Assembly (NCBI GenBank): GCA_965219415.1
Contig: OZ244742.1
Coordinates: forward strand, 1,152,001 to 1,216,000
From: Candidatus Marinacidobacterales bacterium
Lineage (GTDB): Bacteria; Acidobacteriota; Vicinamibacteria; Marinacidobacterales; DATDRI01
Length of the DNA: 64,000 nt
Direction of reading: 5' to 3'
The position numbers and the translations under genes were made by a program. The notes beneath the pieces are model-generated. The model made no database searches. It worked only from the letters and a program-made list of their open reading frames with translations, and was not told the DNA's origin. Positions 10,594 through 21,869 of this stretch are shown piece after piece. Within the stretch, counting starts at the first letter, position 1. Each line of letters begins with the position of its first letter.

Positions 10594-10937
10594 CAACAGG
10601 GCTACCGCTGGCAACCCTTTATCCTCTTATAAAGCCGCCCTCCGCCCGATAACAGCTCCGGCCATCACTCACCCCACGCTACAATCCATTGCAAACAAGT
10701 CACCTGGAGTCACTTGAAAACCTCCCACCGACCCGATTAGAAAGTCGCACCCGCTTTGTACACGTGCTATAAGGCAAGTGATCGATGGAACCTTCCAATA
10801 ACTGTTGAACTAAACCGCTTCGCGGTAGTCTTTTACGCCACCAACCGAGTCGTTTGCGTAAGGACATGCAAAAGGCTCCCCTCGTGAACTAGGGTGTTCG
10901 AGCCAATGAATCAACCCGTTCACGAAAGGAGCCAAGT

Positions 10938-11801
10938 ATGTCTAGCATACTACGAACCCGGATGATCGAGGATCTCCGGATCCGCAACTATTCCCAGCGA
11001 ACGATTGAGTGCTACGTGAGCCACGTAGCGCGATTCGCGGATTACTTTCGCCTCTCGCAGGAGAAGTTGAGCGCCGAGCACATTCGAAGATACCAGCTTT
11101 TCCTGGTGGAGGAGAGGAAAGCGTCCTGGTCGATGTTCAACCAGGCGGTCTGTGCATTGCGCTTTTTGTACTGTGTGACCTTGGGAGGAGCGGTCACAGT
11201 GGAGCAGATACCTTACGCGAAAAGGGAGCAGAGGTTGCCCGAGGTATTGAGCGCGAAAGAGCTGGGACGTTTTTTCTGCAAGGTAAAGAATCTAAAGTAC
11301 CGGACCATCCTGAAGACCATGTACTCGTCAGGGCTTCGTCTGTCAGAGGCATTGCACCTGAGGGCGGGCGACATCGACAGCGAGCGGATGGTGATCCGTG
11401 TGAAGCAGGGAAAGGGTCGTAAGGATCGCTATGTAGAGCTGACGCCAACGCTTGTAGAGCAGCAGCGTGATTACTGGCGGGAGTATCGTCCAAAGAGGTG
11501 GTTGTTTGAAGCGGAGAGCCAGGAGACTCCCGTGACGCCGTCGCCTGTCCAGAAGACTTGTCGTTTAGCGGCCTTGAAGGCGGGACTGAGAAAACGGGTG
11601 ACGACGCAGACGATGCGTCATTGCTACGCGACGCATCAGTTGGAAGCGGGCACGAATCTACGGACGCTCCAACTACGGTTGGGTCACAGCAGTCTGAACA
11701 CGACAGCGATCTACCTTCACGTGGCGGCGGGGGCATCTCAGATGAAGCGTGAAGTGGTGGATCTGCTCGAGAACGTTTCGGAGGCCGACGAGCTCAAGTG
11801 A
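10938..11801 (+). CDS. Tyrosine recombinase of the IS91-associated type
   Basis: N-terminal SAM-like LRIRNYSQRT; GLRLSE, KGRKDR, MRHCYATHQLEAG, LGHSSLNTTAIY. Confidence 0.93.
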   Translation: MSSILRTRMIEDLRIRNYSQRTIECYVSHVARFADYFRLSQEKLSAEHIRRYQLFLVEERKASWSMFNQAVCALRFLYCVTLGGAVTVEQIPYAKREQRLPEVLSAKELGRFFCKVKNLKYRTILKTMYSSGLRLSEALHLRAGDIDSERMVIRVKQGKGRKDRYVELTPTLVEQQRDYWREYRPKRWLFEAESQETPVTPSPVQKTCRLAALKAGLRKRVTTQTMRHCYATHQLEAGTNLRTLQLRLGHSSLNTTAIYLHVAAGASQMKREVVDLLENVSEADELK

Positions 11802-12931
11802 GCGGACATCGGCCGGAAGTGGCCGATGTCATCCGCGAGTGCGGGGCAGCGTATCTGAAGCGCTACCGGCCTTCGCGAGAACAATGGCAAGTTCTCAATG
11901 CGGTGGTTCAGTGCCGGACGGCCGCTCTGGGAGGCCATCTGAATCGGTGTGACCGATGCGCTCACGAGGTACCGGTCTACAACTCGTGCCGTAACCGGCA
12001 TTGCCCGAAGTGTCAGGGGGCGGCTCGAGCGGATTGGCTGGAGCAACGCGAGCAGGAGCTACTCGACGTCGAGTACTTTCACGTCGTCTTCACGCTTCCA
12101 AGCGAGCTGGCTCCGATGGCGCTTCAGAATCGTCGCGCCGTTTACGGGATGTTGTTCCGTGCCGCTTCCGAGACACTACTGACGCTCGCTCGAGACCCGA
12201 AGCATCTGGGTGCCGAGATCGGCTGCATGGCGGTTCTACACACCTGGGGGCAGAACCTACACGCGCATCCGCATCTGCACTGCATTGTTCCGGGCGGCGG
12301 CATCGGCCTCGACGCCGAGCGGTGGGTGAGCTGCCGAGACGGTTTTTTTCTGCCCGTCCGGGTCTTGAGCCGGCTCTTCCGGGGCAAGTTCACAGCTCAA
12401 CTCCAACGGGGTTGGGAGCAGCAACAGCTCGCTTTCCACGGAGGCCTTCGCGATTTAGAGTATCCCCAGCGCTGGGAAGCTTGGCTCCAGCCACTTCGAG
12501 ACAAAGACTGGGTGGTCTATGCCAAGCCTCCATTCGGCGGTCCCAAGCAAGTGCTCAAATACCTCGCCCGCTATACCCACCGCGTCGCGATCTCCAACCA
12601 CAGGCTCGTGTCTGTGGAAGACGGAAAGGTCGCCTTTCGTTGGAAAGACTACGCCCACGGTAATCGCCAACGCACGATGAGCTTGGACGCCGTGGAGTTT
12701 CTGAGACGGTTTCTGCTCCATGTGCTTCCCAAAGGTTTCGTCCGCGTTCGCTACTACGGTTTTCTCGCCAACCGCCATCGAGCAGAAAAACTTGCGCGGG
12801 CACGAAAGTTCCTGGACGGAGCAAAGTCCAGTTCCGTCAACGACGACGTTTCCGAGCTCAAACAAACGGATGGGACGCTGCAGCAGCAGGTAAGGTCCAG
12901 ACTTGGGAAACCTCTCACCCTCCGTCAATGA
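11798..12931 (+). CDS. IS91 family (Y2 HUH) transposase, C-terminally truncated
   Basis: Zn-binding CRTAALGGH..C..C..YNSCRNRHCPKCQ, LHTWG..L..HPHLHC, YLARY, FLLHVLPKGFVRVRYYG. The usual C-terminal Cys ribbon is absent. Confidence 0.92.
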   Translation: MSGHRPEVADVIRECGAAYLKRYRPSREQWQVLNAVVQCRTAALGGHLNRCDRCAHEVPVYNSCRNRHCPKCQGAARADWLEQREQELLDVEYFHVVFTLPSELAPMALQNRRAVYGMLFRAASETLLTLARDPKHLGAEIGCMAVLHTWGQNLHAHPHLHCIVPGGGIGLDAERWVSCRDGFFLPVRVLSRLFRGKFTAQLQRGWEQQQLAFHGGLRDLEYPQRWEAWLQPLRDKDWVVYAKPPFGGPKQVLKYLARYTHRVAISNHRLVSVEDGKVAFRWKDYAHGNRQRTMSLDAVEFLRRFLLHVLPKGFVRVRYYGFLANRHRAEKLARARKFLDGAKSSSVNDDVSELKQTDGTLQQQVRSRLGKPLTLRQ

Positions 12932-13195
12932 CCGAACCCTTCGCTCCTTGAGAAGCGACCTAACTTCGTCGACGAACGTGCAACGCCAATCCACTTGGTC
13001 CATTCGAGCGGTACTGTGCTCAAGTTTTGCGTCACAGTAGGCCTTTACTATTACCGCAGCTTGCTCCAGGCCGATCATTCCTCCGGGTTGTGGCTTCAAC
13101 GATTGCTCAATCGCCAATCGGATCAGAGTCTTTTCGATATAGAGGTCGTTGTGCCGGTACGATACCGGGCTGACTTCTAATTGCAACGTGTTCAT
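12870..13195 (-). CDS. Hypothetical island protein, 3' end lost at the IS91 junction
   Basis: ATG with upstream GGTGGAAG; the ORF runs antisense into the IS91 transposase. End coordinate approximate. Confidence 0.35.
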
Positions 13196-13403
13196 TTTTC
13201 TTCCACCCTATTCACGGTCTCCCCGGTATCGAGCCTTGCCGTGATTGGCGAGGTTACGAGTCGGAGGCTTTGCCTCTGTACCTGCGCCAGATGAATTTCC
13301 GTTTGAACGGCGCTCGCTGTGAGTTTCTGTTGTGTCCTGTAGATCCATGTTCGGAATGTAGATGCGATCTGTCAAGGAAAATCTTTCGGGTCAGTCTTCG
13401 GCG

Positions 13404-14837
13404 GAGTCAAGCCCATTCTTAGTTGAAACTCTCCACGGCTCACGTTTAAGCGACCTTCTTCTTCGATACGGTTGATGTCTTCGCCTCGATCTTCAGTTCC
13501 CGCTTGAGAGCTTCGCGAAGCTTGGGAAGATGGCGGTAGCCCACCACCTTCCTCAAGCGCGGTTCGATGTCTACGAGCGCCGTTGCCAACCAGCGCTGGC
13601 GTTGGCTCGAGTTCTTCCAGTGGTCGACCTTCGCGCAGCGTTCCTCGACGAGAGCATTGACGGACTCAAGGCAGTTCGTCGTCTTGAACGAACGGCCCAG
13701 CACCGCGTGCACGCCGAGTCGATGCAACGTCAGCGTCTCCTCGAGGCCTTCCTCCAGGCTGCCAGCTGCGGATTGGTTCCGCTCTTCTAACTCACCGTGG
13801 AGTTGCTCAAGCGCAGTGAGGGCCTCTTCGTACTCCGGCCTGTTGTAGGCCCACTGGAGCCGCTTGCGCCATGACGCCTGCTCGCCCTTGGACAGGTAGC
13901 TCACTACGTTTTCACGTTTGTGCCACTGGCAGCGTTGTATCAGGGCCCGCTTACGGAATGCCTTCTTGACTGCCGCTTGGAGACCCTTGCCGCCGTCGAT
14001 GATCACCAGCAGACCCTGGGAGATATCGAGTCCCCGCTCGAGCAGTGAACGCAGGAACGGCGTCAACACCTGCGCGTTCTCCGTGTCCGTCTCCACGAAG
14101 CCCAAGAAGCGTTTTTCCCCGCAAAGCGTGATGCCCAGAGCCACGACCATCGTTGCCTCGGCGAATGTCTTCCCATCCAGAAACAGCGCCACCACATCCT
14201 CGCCGGTCAGATCCCGTTCCTGCATCTCCCGCAGCTTCGCAGCGCTCGCTTGCACGAACCCTCGGGACACCGTTGAGCTCGACAGCCCGATGGCGCCCGG
14301 AATCGCTTCCGCTGCCGCCTCGTAGTTGCGACAAGAGATTCCGTAGAGAACTCGTTTCAGCAGAAGATCATTCACCTCACCGCCGTGGCTCACCGCCTCG
14401 TAGCAGCGAAGCGGAATCTCTCCTCCCTCGATGCTCCGAACCCGTGGCACACGGATCGGTACCCGCTGGCCGCCAAGCCCTACCGTGCCCGGGTTGCTTC
14501 CGGGACGGCGACCGCGCTCCAGCTCGTCCTTGCGAGAGTATCGCTCTCCCGCCAACGCCTTCACTTCGTCGTCGAGCAACTCGTGAACGTGCATTAGACC
14601 AAGGGGGACCAACCAACGGATCATCTCTACCTTGGCGTCCAGCACGAGTTCCCCGTAATCCTCGTGCCTCACCATCTCGACCTCACCCAAACGACGCGAC
14701 TTCTTGCGTTTCTGACCGAACGTAGCAGACTTCCCATCTCGGCTCCTTTCTTCGCGGCTTGATTTTGTTTTGTCCAACGCCATCAAACCACGGGGTTTGG
14801 AGCCGTTTCAATTCCCAACTAAGATTGGCACACTTTC
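13404..14837 (-). mobile_element. IS256 type A full copy
   Basis: Terminal IRs; 8-bp TSD CTTCGGCG (13396-13403, 14838-14845). A 1-nt deletion near 14712 relative to the other copies puts the native start out of frame. Confidence 0.95.
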
Positions 14838-14950
14838 CTTCGGCGTAACGTCAGTTCGTTGTCCCATACAATCTGCCTGACAATTCTCGGCGAAGCCGCT
14901 TGCCGGGTGTGTCGCCCATGGTGTCTGTAAACCAATTCTCTGGCGCTCAC

Positions 14951-15431
14951 TCAAACCGCACAGACCAACTGTTCCTGCTGTTTGGTTACAACTTCTGTCA
15001 TTCCTCGATCTTGTATCCGACCCAGGATCCGCCCATTCTCGTACGCACCCCTCTTCATGACCGAGGAGTAACCTCCCGCTTCAATCCCACGGACCGTCTC
15101 TTTCGTGATCCAATGCTGGTTTTGAGTAAGATCGTCTTGAATTTTCTTGGCCAGACGCCGTAGCGACTTCTCGTCCTTCAAAGGGCTGCTCTCTGGCTTC
15201 TCGTCCGATGAGCCCTTCATGGTCACTTTTATCTCTTGGGATTCTTTCGAGACGCGCCCAGATTCTGGTGTCTCGTAGCTTGTTGCCACCCGCCTGAATG
15301 TTTCGAGGTGCTTTCTTCAAAGCGTCTCCGAACAAGGTTTGATTCTTGTAATACGCTGGGCTGTCCGCATTGGACCAACCATCGACTAGCTGCCGCGCCG
15401 CCACTAGCTCAGGACTCACCTGATGCTTCAC
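14951..15431 (-). pseudogene. Hypothetical island gene(s), probably frameshifted
   Basis: Two overlapping minus-strand ORFs (15081-15431, 14951-15289) behind a GGAGG RBS; no recognisable motif. Confidence 0.3.
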
Positions 15432-15725
15432 CGGCTTGGGTTCCTCCTTGGCCTCGTGAGGGGACGCAGGGGGGGCTCTTCAAGAGTTGGTGAACCCTCC
15501 AGCGGGAGATATCAGTCCGCGAAGCAATGGCCCTGATACTGTGCGCGTCCTCGCGTAGCTTTCTGACCTCGGCCTCGGTCTCGGGCGACAGCTCCAGACG
15601 GGGACGACGGCTGTCTGGAAACTTGTCCGGAAGCCACTTGTCCGGAAACCTCTCCAGGCTTCAATTCCACACTTAACCCGTTGAGGCCAACCGCTGGCCG
15701 GCACTTGACGCCGTTTCGGTTGGCT

Positions 15726-17125
15726 GAGTTATAACCAGAAGTTGTGGATCGCCTGAATGAGAAAGGCGGCGTATCCTTCCATGTAAGACAAAGGCCAAAC
15801 CGGTTTTAGCGAACCGGAGGAAGGAAACGCCACCGATGCTGAGGATACAAGATCCACCGAAGGAAACGAAACATGAGGAAGTCGGGACTGCGCTCGATGA
15901 GCTGGCTCGTGAGGGGGCGCGTCGAATGTTGATGACGGCGCTGGAGGAGGAAGTCGGAGACTACATCGAAAGCCACTCTCCGGAACGAGACGAGAACGGA
16001 CACGCGAGCGTAGTCCGCAACGGTCGAGCTCGAGCCCGCAAAGTGACGATGGGCTGCGGAACGATGGAAGTCGAGGCGCCGCGAGTCAACGACAAGCGGG
16101 TGATCGATGGAGAACGTCAGCGCTTCACGAGCAGCATCTTACCTCCGTATATGCGTCGCTCCCCGAAGGTGAGTGAGGTTTTGCCGTTGCTGTACTTGCG
16201 CGGATTGTCGACGAACGATTTCGGGCCTGCGCTGAAGGAGCTGCTGGGCGAGGAGGCTTCGGGGCTTTCGTCGACGGCGATCACGAGGCTGACGGCGAAA
16301 TGGCAGTCGGAGTACGAAGAGTTTCGGAAACGAGACTTGAGCCGCGAGGATTACGCGTACATCTGGGTCGACGGCGTTCACTTCAATGTTCGTCTCGAAG
16401 ACGACAGGCTTTGCACCCTTGTCGTTCTTGGTGTTCGGGCGGATGGGACGAAGGAGCTGCTCGCGGTGGAGGACGGTTATCGAGAGAGCGAGGAGAGCTG
16501 GGCGTACGTGCTGAGGGAACTAGATCGCCGCGGGATGAAACCTCCTCTTCTCGCCATCGGAGACGGCGCCTTGGGATTCTGGGCTGCGGTTCGAAACGTA
16601 TGGCCGGAAACCCGTCACCAGTTGTGCTGCGTTCACAAGACAAAAAACGTCCTCGACAAGCTACCGAGGCGTCTTCATGGCCGTGTGAAGAGCGCCCTGA
16701 ACGAGATCGTCAAGGCTGAGACCAGGGAGCAGGCGGAAGAAGCTCTTGAGCGGTTCGAATCGGACTACGGGGCCAAGTACCCCAAGGCTGTCGCATCCCT
16801 GACCAAGCACCAGGACAAACTCCTGACGTTCTACGATTTCCCCGCCGAGCACTGGGAGCACATCCGAACCGCCAACCCCATCGAGTCGGCGTTCGCCACG
16901 GTGCGACTCCGGCAGAGAGTTACCAAGGGAGCAGGCTCCCGTTCGAAAACCCTCCTCATGGCCTACAAGTTACTCGACATGGCGAGCCAACGATGGCGCC
17001 GGGTGAACGCCCCCGCACTTGTCGCTCGGATACTTGAGGGAGAGAAGTTCGTCGACGGATTAAACGAAGAAGCGAGGAACGCCGCTTGACTCAGAAAGTT
17101 GATCCACAACTCTTGACAATATCTC
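15726..17125 (+). mobile_element. IS256 family element type C, intact transposase (15836-17089)
   Basis: IRs GAGTTATAACCAGAAGTTGTGGATC / GATCCACAACTCTTGACAATATCTC; 9-bp TSD CGGTTGGCT (15717-15725, 17126-17134); YIWVDG, AIGDGALGFW, TANPIES. Confidence 0.95.
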
Positions 17126-17146
17126 CGGTTGGCTTCAAATGGACCT

Positions 17147-17725
17147 CTATCCGGCTGAGGGCTGAAGGTTTTCGGAGCTGACGAAACAATCTAGATCTGC
17201 TTGTACTCTTACAGTGTCAGCAGTCACGTCACGGTTTCTCGAACTCCATCCCCTGCGTCTCATTGTCTGGGCTACAACCTTCCACTTGAACCCGTACCTA
17301 GACGCGCGCTTCTTCAGGGACTTTATTTCTGAACGTGAAGGCTGGCGGGTGAACCTGGAGAGCAACGCCGACACAGTTCCCCAGGGAACCCTCTGCGACT
17401 CGATTACCAGCAAGGCGGAGGTGAGGCTGATACCCCTCTTCCAGAAAGCCTTGACGAGTTGGGCGTGAGTCGCCTTCCTGGAGCACCCAAACATGAGCTG
17501 CTTGAAGGCGGCACTCTTTCGAGTGGGAACGAAAAAGTTGGCCTTGCACCGGGAGTGCCTGTGGAGCGGACAGTCGCCAAGGAACCGCGGCCCTTTCTTG
17601 GAGAAGCCTACGACCTGGGCTAGCTGCTGAGTCTTGGGGCGTTTGAGGATTTCCTCAATCCTGTCCCGTTCGACTTGGTTGAGTTGCATGCCCAAATTCC
17701 TTCTTGACAGTCGGAGTCGGTACAC
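17147..17725 (-). CDS. Basic hypothetical protein with CHC2-like zinc-finger signature
   Basis: GDCPLH...FFV...MFGC...GISLTSAL resembles the primase CHC2 Zn-binding domain. Confidence 0.45.
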   Translation of the reverse strand: MYRLRLSRRNLGMQLNQVERDRIEEILKRPKTQQLAQVVGFSKKGPRFLGDCPLHRHSRCKANFFVPTRKSAAFKQLMFGCSRKATHAQLVKAFWKRGISLTSALLVIESQRVPWGTVSALLSRFTRQPSRSEIKSLKKRASRYGFKWKVVAQTMRRRGWSSRNRDVTADTVRVQADLDCFVSSENLQPSAG

Positions 17726-17833
17726 GGTGGAACAGATGTTCTGAGCTCAACGCGTATTCGCTCCTATGAAAGGAAAGGGCCGCTTGGAGAGAGCAGCCTT
17801 TTCGGATCTTGGCGGTCACTTCAAATGTCATTA

Positions 17834-18019
17834 CTACCCGGCGGCCTCTGCTTTCTGCTTCTTGCGACGTATCCAGTCTAGGACGCGCTTGGATTCTTCC
17901 TTAGCAACCACCCTCGTGGCGCGCGTGGCGAGCTGCTTGTCTATGCCCAGCTCTCGCTGTAAGCGTCTGGCCATAGCCGTCTGACGTGGTGTCAGCAGCT
18001 TCTGTTTCTTGCTAGTCAT
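17834..18019 (-). CDS. Small basic hypothetical protein
   Basis: AAGGAAGG RBS, 61 aa, Lys/Arg-rich, divergent from xis/int. Confidence 0.5.
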   Translation of the reverse strand: MTSKKQKLLTPRQTAMARRLQRELGIDKQLATRATRVVAKEESKRVLDWIRRKKQKAEAAG

Positions 18020-18293
18020 GTCGTGAATCCTTCCTTACCTAAAAGCGTAGCACGCCTCGTCCGACCTTTGCCTCGTTTGGCTTAACCGACCCCCTAACGT
18101 CTGGTAAGCCTGATATTTGCGTTAGGGGCTTTGTGCGCACCGAAGACTGGAAAACGATCCTCAGCCCCCCCCTGGATGTAACACGGGCCATTCCTCCACG
18201 ATGAAATCGGGGCTCCGTCTACCAACCGATTACTAGTTCTTGCGGTATCGCTTCAGGCCGTGCGATCATGTCCACCTTCCAGTTAGGAACACC

Positions 18294-18626
18294 ATGGATT
18301 TAGCCATTGCCGAGAGAAACCCAGAGGAAGTAGCCCCAGAGGAAATCCCCAGTGTTATTGGCCGATTGGAGGCGCTCAAGACGCGACTCAAGGCGAGGTT
18401 GTTTCGCTTCAATGACAATTCACCTGGCGAACAGAAACCATCGAATGGGGACGACCGTTGGCTCACTGCAGAACAAGTGGCCGAGCTACTCCACGTAGAC
18501 ATTCGCTGGGTCTACCGACAAACCGGGAAGTGGACTTTCGCTCGAAGATTGTCCCCACGAAAGATCCTTTTCAGTGAGGCTGGACTAAGGAAGTGGATGG
18601 AGAGTCGGCCTAATGCGGCGACGTAG
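18294..18626 (+). CDS. Excisionase-like HTH protein
   Basis: WLTAEQVAELLHVDIRWVY...ILFSEAGLRKWM; overlaps the integrase start. Confidence 0.8.
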   Translation: MDLAIAERNPEEVAPEEIPSVIGRLEALKTRLKARLFRFNDNSPGEQKPSNGDDRWLTAEQVAELLHVDIRWVYRQTGKWTFARRLSPRKILFSEAGLRKWMESRPNAAT

Positions 18627-20067
18627 AGATCGCGGTTCGGGAACTATTTACAAGCCCAACAAGAACTCCTCTATTTGGTGGTTCTCCTATTGGGTTCGTG
18701 GTGAGCGAATTGCAGAAAGTTCTAAGTCCAAGAACCGGACAGACGCTGTAAAGCTCCTTCAGAAGCGGCTCGCAGAGATCGCATCGGGCAAACCTACTGG
18801 GCCACAGGTGGACAAGACTTCGTTCGAGGACCTCGCCAAGATACTCATTGCCGACTACGAGAAGAACAGGAGACGTTCGACAAAGCGGGTCCAACGAGCA
18901 ATAGAGAACCTGCGAGAGTTCTTTGGCGACTACCAGGCCACGCAGATTACATCGGACCGCATCTCGGCGTACGAAGTCTCTCGTCAAAGAGAGGGAGCTG
19001 CGAACGCCACGATCAACCGAGAGTTGTCCGCACTGAAGCGGATGTTTCGTCTTGGGCGCACGGCTCGAAGAGTTGCCGAGGCTCCAGAGATTTCGATGCT
19101 CCAGGAGGACAATGCTCGGAAGGGCTTCTTTGATCGAGACCAATTCGAGGCGGTAACCGCAAACCTACCCGAGGACATTAAGCCGGTCGTTGAAGTTGCA
19201 TACATAACCGGATGGCGAGTCGCCAGCGAGATACTGACTCGGGAGTGGAAGCACGTTGACTTCGGGTCCCGTTTCCTCCGTCTGGAGCCGGGAGAAACCA
19301 AGAACCGTAAAGGTCGAATGTTCGCCATGACTCCGAGGTTGAAAGGGGTCCTAGAGCGTCAGCGAGAGCGGACGACAGCTATCGAGAAGGCGACGGGTCA
19401 GATTATTCCCTGGGTCTTCCATCGAGAGGGTAAGCCGATCAGGCGGTTTGATAGGTCGTGGAAGACAGCGTGCCGCAAAGCAGGCGTTCCGGGGAAGCTC
19501 AGGCATGACTTCCGACGCACTGCCGTCAGGAACCTAGAGCGGGCAGGCGTTGCGCGATCAGCGGCGAAGGCCATGGTGGGCCATCTTACGGATTCGATTT
19601 ACAACCGCTACGCTATCGCGGATGAAGCCATGCTCCACGAGGGGGCAGAAAAACTCTCAGTTCTCCACGAGAGAGAGAGAGCAATCCCGAACGAAGGGTC
19701 CTTCCTCTCAAGTCTCACCAGAAGCGCGGACGCTAAGCTCAAACTAAGCTCAAATCCTTCCGAACCTGTTCTTCGGCCAAGAAAAGAGATTGTTTGTTTT
19801 GAAGGGATTAACTGGTGCCGAGGGACGGAATCGAACCGCCGACGCAAGGATTTTCAGTCCTTCGCTCTACCGACTGAGCTACCTCGGCACCCAAGGGAAG
19901 CGCCAATTCTAGCGGAGGGCGTCAAAAAGTCAAGGCGAACGCACGCCCCGGCCAGTATCCTGCCTCGTCCGGACGAGATCAGTGGGTGGTGGGCTGCCGC
20001 TCCGAGACCTTGGCCTTCTCGCGCTTGCCCTTGCCGTCGCTCGCGACATTCTCGGCGGGCTCGGTAG
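18613..20067 (+). CDS. Phage-type tyrosine integrase; ORF reads through tRNA-Phe
   Basis: RGSGTIY arm-binding N-terminus, [36 protein letters not shown]...YNRY. Recognisable homology ends near 19680. Confidence 0.9.
   Translation: MRRRRDRGSGTIYKPNKNSSIWWFSYWVRGERIAESSKSKNRTDAVKLLQKRLAEIASGKPTGPQVDKTSFEDLAKILIADYEKNRRRSTKRVQRAIENLREFFGDYQATQITSDRISAYEVSRQREGAANATINRELSALKRMFRLGRTARRVAEAPEISMLQEDNARKGFFDRDQFEAVTANLPEDIKPVVEVAYITGWRVASEILTREWKHVDFGSRFLRLEPGETKNRKGRMFAMTPRLKGVLERQRERTTAIEKATGQIIPWVFHREGKPIRRFDRSWKTACRKAGVPGKLRHDFRRTAVRNLERAGVARSAAKAMVGHLTDSIYNRYAIADEAMLHEGAEKLSVLHERERAIPNEGSFLSSLTRSADAKLKLSSNPSEPVLRPRKEIVCFEGINWCRGTESNRRRKDFQSFALPTELPRHPREAPILAEGVKKSRRTHAPASILPRPDEISGWWAAAPRPWPSRACPCRRSRHSRRAR
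19813..19888 (-). tRNA. tRNA-Phe (GAA)
   Basis: 76 nt GCCGAGGTAGCTCAGTCGGTAGAGC-GAAGGA-CTGAAAA-TCCTT-GCGTCGGCGGTTCGATTCCGTC-CCTCGGC-ACCA. Confidence 0.98.
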
Positions 20068-21076
20068 GAGCTGCCTCCGGGTCAGGGATCAGCCCCAACT
20101 CTTGGCGAAGCTTGGTCTCGATCTTGTTGACGATGTCGGTGTTCTTAATGAGGAACTGGCGGACGTTTTCTCTTCCCTGCCCGATGCGCTCGCCCTTGTA
20201 GGAATACCAAGCGCCACTCTTGTCGACGATGTTCCGGGCGACCGCGAGATCGAGGAGATCTCCTTCCTTGGAAATGCCTTTGCCGTACAGGATGTCGAAC
20301 TCCGCGTTCTGGAACGGTGCCGCCACCTTGTTCTTCACAACCTTGACGCGCGTACGATTGCCGACAATGGCGTCTCCGTCTTTGAGAGCTGCAATGCGAC
20401 GGATATCGAGTCGCACCGAGGAGTAGAACTTTAGAGCCCGGCCGCCAGTGGTGGTTTCCGGATTCCCGAACATGACACCGATCTTCTCCCGGATCTGGTT
20501 GATGAAGATGAGACACGTATTGGACTTCGAAACGATCGCGGTGAGCTTACGCATGGCCTGCGACATCAAGCGCGCCTGGAGACCCATTTGAGCATCGCCC
20601 ATTTCTCCGTCGAGCTCGGCGCGTGGCACCAGGGCAGCGACCGAGTCGATCACCAAAACGTCCACCGCGCCGCTGCGGATGAGGACTTCGGTGATCTCCA
20701 GTGCTTGTTCCCCACTGTCGGGCTGACTGACCAACAGATTGTCGGTGTCGACGCCGAGAGCGTTGGCGTAGACGGCGTCCAAGGCGTGCTCGGCATCGAC
20801 GAAGGCCGCCATACCGCCCACCTTCTGTGCCTGCGCGATTGCGTGAAGCGCGAGCGTAGTTTTACCCGAGGACTCTGGTCCAAAGATCTCGATCACCCTT
20901 CCTCTGGGTAGGCCGCCGACTCCTAGCGCGGCATCGAGCGAGATCGAGCCTGTCGAGATGGCAGGGACGTCCAACGTCTCACGCGATCCGAGCCGTATGA
21001 TGGCCCCTTTGCCGAACTGCTTTTCGATCTGGCTGACCGCTATGTCGATGGCCTTCTCCCGTCCGTTCTCAGCCAT
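19979..21076 (-). CDS. recA: Recombinase RecA
   Basis: [55 protein letters not shown]. Confidence 0.99.
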   Translation of the reverse strand: MAENGREKAIDIAVSQIEKQFGKGAIIRLGSRETLDVPAISTGSISLDAALGVGGLPRGRVIEIFGPESSGKTTLALHAIAQAQKVGGMAAFVDAEHALDAVYANALGVDTDNLLVSQPDSGEQALEITEVLIRSGAVDVLVIDSVAALVPRAELDGEMGDAQMGLQARLMSQAMRKLTAIVSKSNTCLIFINQIREKIGVMFGNPETTTGGRALKFYSSVRLDIRRIAALKDGDAIVGNRTRVKVVKNKVAAPFQNAEFDILYGKGISKEGDLLDLAVARNIVDKSGAWYSYKGERIGQGRENVRQFLIKNTDIVNKIETKLRQELGLIPDPEAAPTEPAENVASDGKGKREKAKVSERQPTTH

Positions 21077-21341
21077 GGGTCTCCTTTCAGGAAGCTATCC
21101 TCGTAGCTCCTGGCATTGAATTCCGTTGGGAATTCCGGCCAAATCCACCAATCACCTGGCCGTGGGTTTCCTATATGAGGCTCGCGCCAGTCTAGGGCTC
21201 TGGCCTCTTCATAGTCAAGACGAAATCCGCGTGGAAAAGACTCCCTCGGAAGGGCCACAATACCACATCTCGGGCCGCGTGTTCAATTCACCACCCGATA
21301 TGGGGGTTCACCAGGTGCCACCCACTTGGTACCCTGGAAGC

Positions 21342-21869
21342 GTGCCTACTCCGGTTGGTCATTCCTTAGGTGGACTGGCGGTTTACCTCGCGGCGCGGTG
21401 GCCTCAGAAAGACTGGTTCCTCGTTGGCGGGGTTGCGGTCTCGGCGGTACTCCCCGATCTCGACTTCGCCATCCAGCCCTTCGCCGGCCGAAGCTACCAC
21501 CGTTACTTCTCGCACAGCCTCGGTTTCTCGGTACTCTTTGCCGTGGCCGCCTACCTGATCTTGAAATGGCTCGGAAGGACGTCTCCACGACGAGACGCCG
21601 TGCTCATGGGAGCGGGATACGTTTCCCACATCGTCTTGGACCTTTTCTCGCACGACACGCATCCGCCGTTCGGCATCCAACTCTTTTGGCCCTTTTCGGA
21701 TGGGTTCGTCATCACGCCGGTCCAAATCTTTCCCGAGGTTTGGAGAGGGAGCGTGGCCGTTCTCTTCGGCCTCCACAACTGGTTGGCGGCAGGGATCGAA
21801 TTCCTTGTGCTGCTGCCGTTCGTGGTTTCGTTATGGTGGCTTCGCGGTCGCCGCGGTCAATCCGAGTAG
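21342..21869 (+). CDS. YdjM-like membrane metal-dependent hydrolase
   Basis: [34 protein letters not shown]. Confidence 0.88.
   Translation: MPTPVGHSLGGLAVYLAARWPQKDWFLVGGVAVSAVLPDLDFAIQPFAGRSYHRYFSHSLGFSVLFAVAAYLILKWLGRTSPRRDAVLMGAGYVSHIVLDLFSHDTHPPFGIQLFWPFSDGFVITPVQIFPEVWRGSVAVLFGLHNWLAAGIEFLVLLPFVVSLWWLRGRRGQSE

Noticed and set aside
21077-21341. LexA box between recA and the YdjM-like gene
   Set aside because: GTTC words are present but not in GTTC-N7-GTTC or any other spacing I recognise.
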